Assembly: GCA_028534125.1 (NCBI GenBank)
Contig: CM052816.1
Coordinates: forward strand, 20,834,001-20,898,000
Length of the DNA stretch: 64,000 bases
DNA from: Lama glama
Lineage: Eukaryota
Direction: 5' to 3'
The position numbers and the translations under genes are program-made. The notes beneath the pieces were generated by a model. It was not told the DNA's origin. It did not search any database and saw nothing but the letters and a program-made list of their open reading frames with translations. Positions 63,831 to 64,000 of this stretch are shown here, piece by piece; within the stretch, counting starts at the first letter, position 1; each line of letters begins with the position of its first letter.

Positions 63831-63992
63831 TTTAATTTTAGCTTCAATCTCTTTCGCCTTGACAACTGGATCCACAGTCAGACTCTGCTTGTTCTGCAGA
63901 TTCAGCTTGTTATTCATCCATTCCATGGCTTCATTCGTGCTTTTTTCCACCTTCACCATGTCAGCAGCATCCAAATGGTCATACTGGTCCTC
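63831..63992 (-). CDS. HSPA4: HSPA4 (heat shock 70 kDa protein 4 / Apg-2) penultimate coding exon
   Basis: 162 nt = 54 codons, [54 protein letters not shown], matching the recalled mammalian HSPA4 C-terminal region; acceptor ...ttacag (AG 63994-63993), donor GTAATT at 63830; phase 0. Confidence 0.96.
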
Positions 63993-64000
63993 CTGTAACC

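Overview
Mammalian genomic DNA, almost certainly a camelid (alpaca/llama/camel), judged from several tRNA-Ala-derived Vic-1-type SINEs and lineage-young L1 3' ends. The only protein-coding sequence I can support is the 3' end of HSPA4 (Apg-2, HSP110-type HSP70 family) on the minus strand. It comprises the last two coding exons (63831-63992 and 63418-63621), a 209-bp intron and a 3'UTR with proximal and distal poly(A) signal candidates. The other ~61 kb is intergenic sequence downstream of HSPA4; from recalled human synteny FSTL4 would lie further left, outside the window. That sequence contains an ~18-kb pile of nested, co-oriented L1s, scattered L1/L2/MIR/MaLR/DNA-transposon relics, two 500-N assembly gaps and a few repeat-free blocks that may be enhancers. 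I find no evidence for a novel multi-gene biological system. The most interesting items are local insertion anatomies: a TSD-flanked young/old L1 chimera, a ~950-bp SINE-headed insertion without a TSD, a possible retrocopied 3'UTR, a near-perfect inverted L1 pair, and a 60-bp CpG cluster with an E2F site. Repeat boundaries without stated TSDs are approximate, and subfamily names are by eye.
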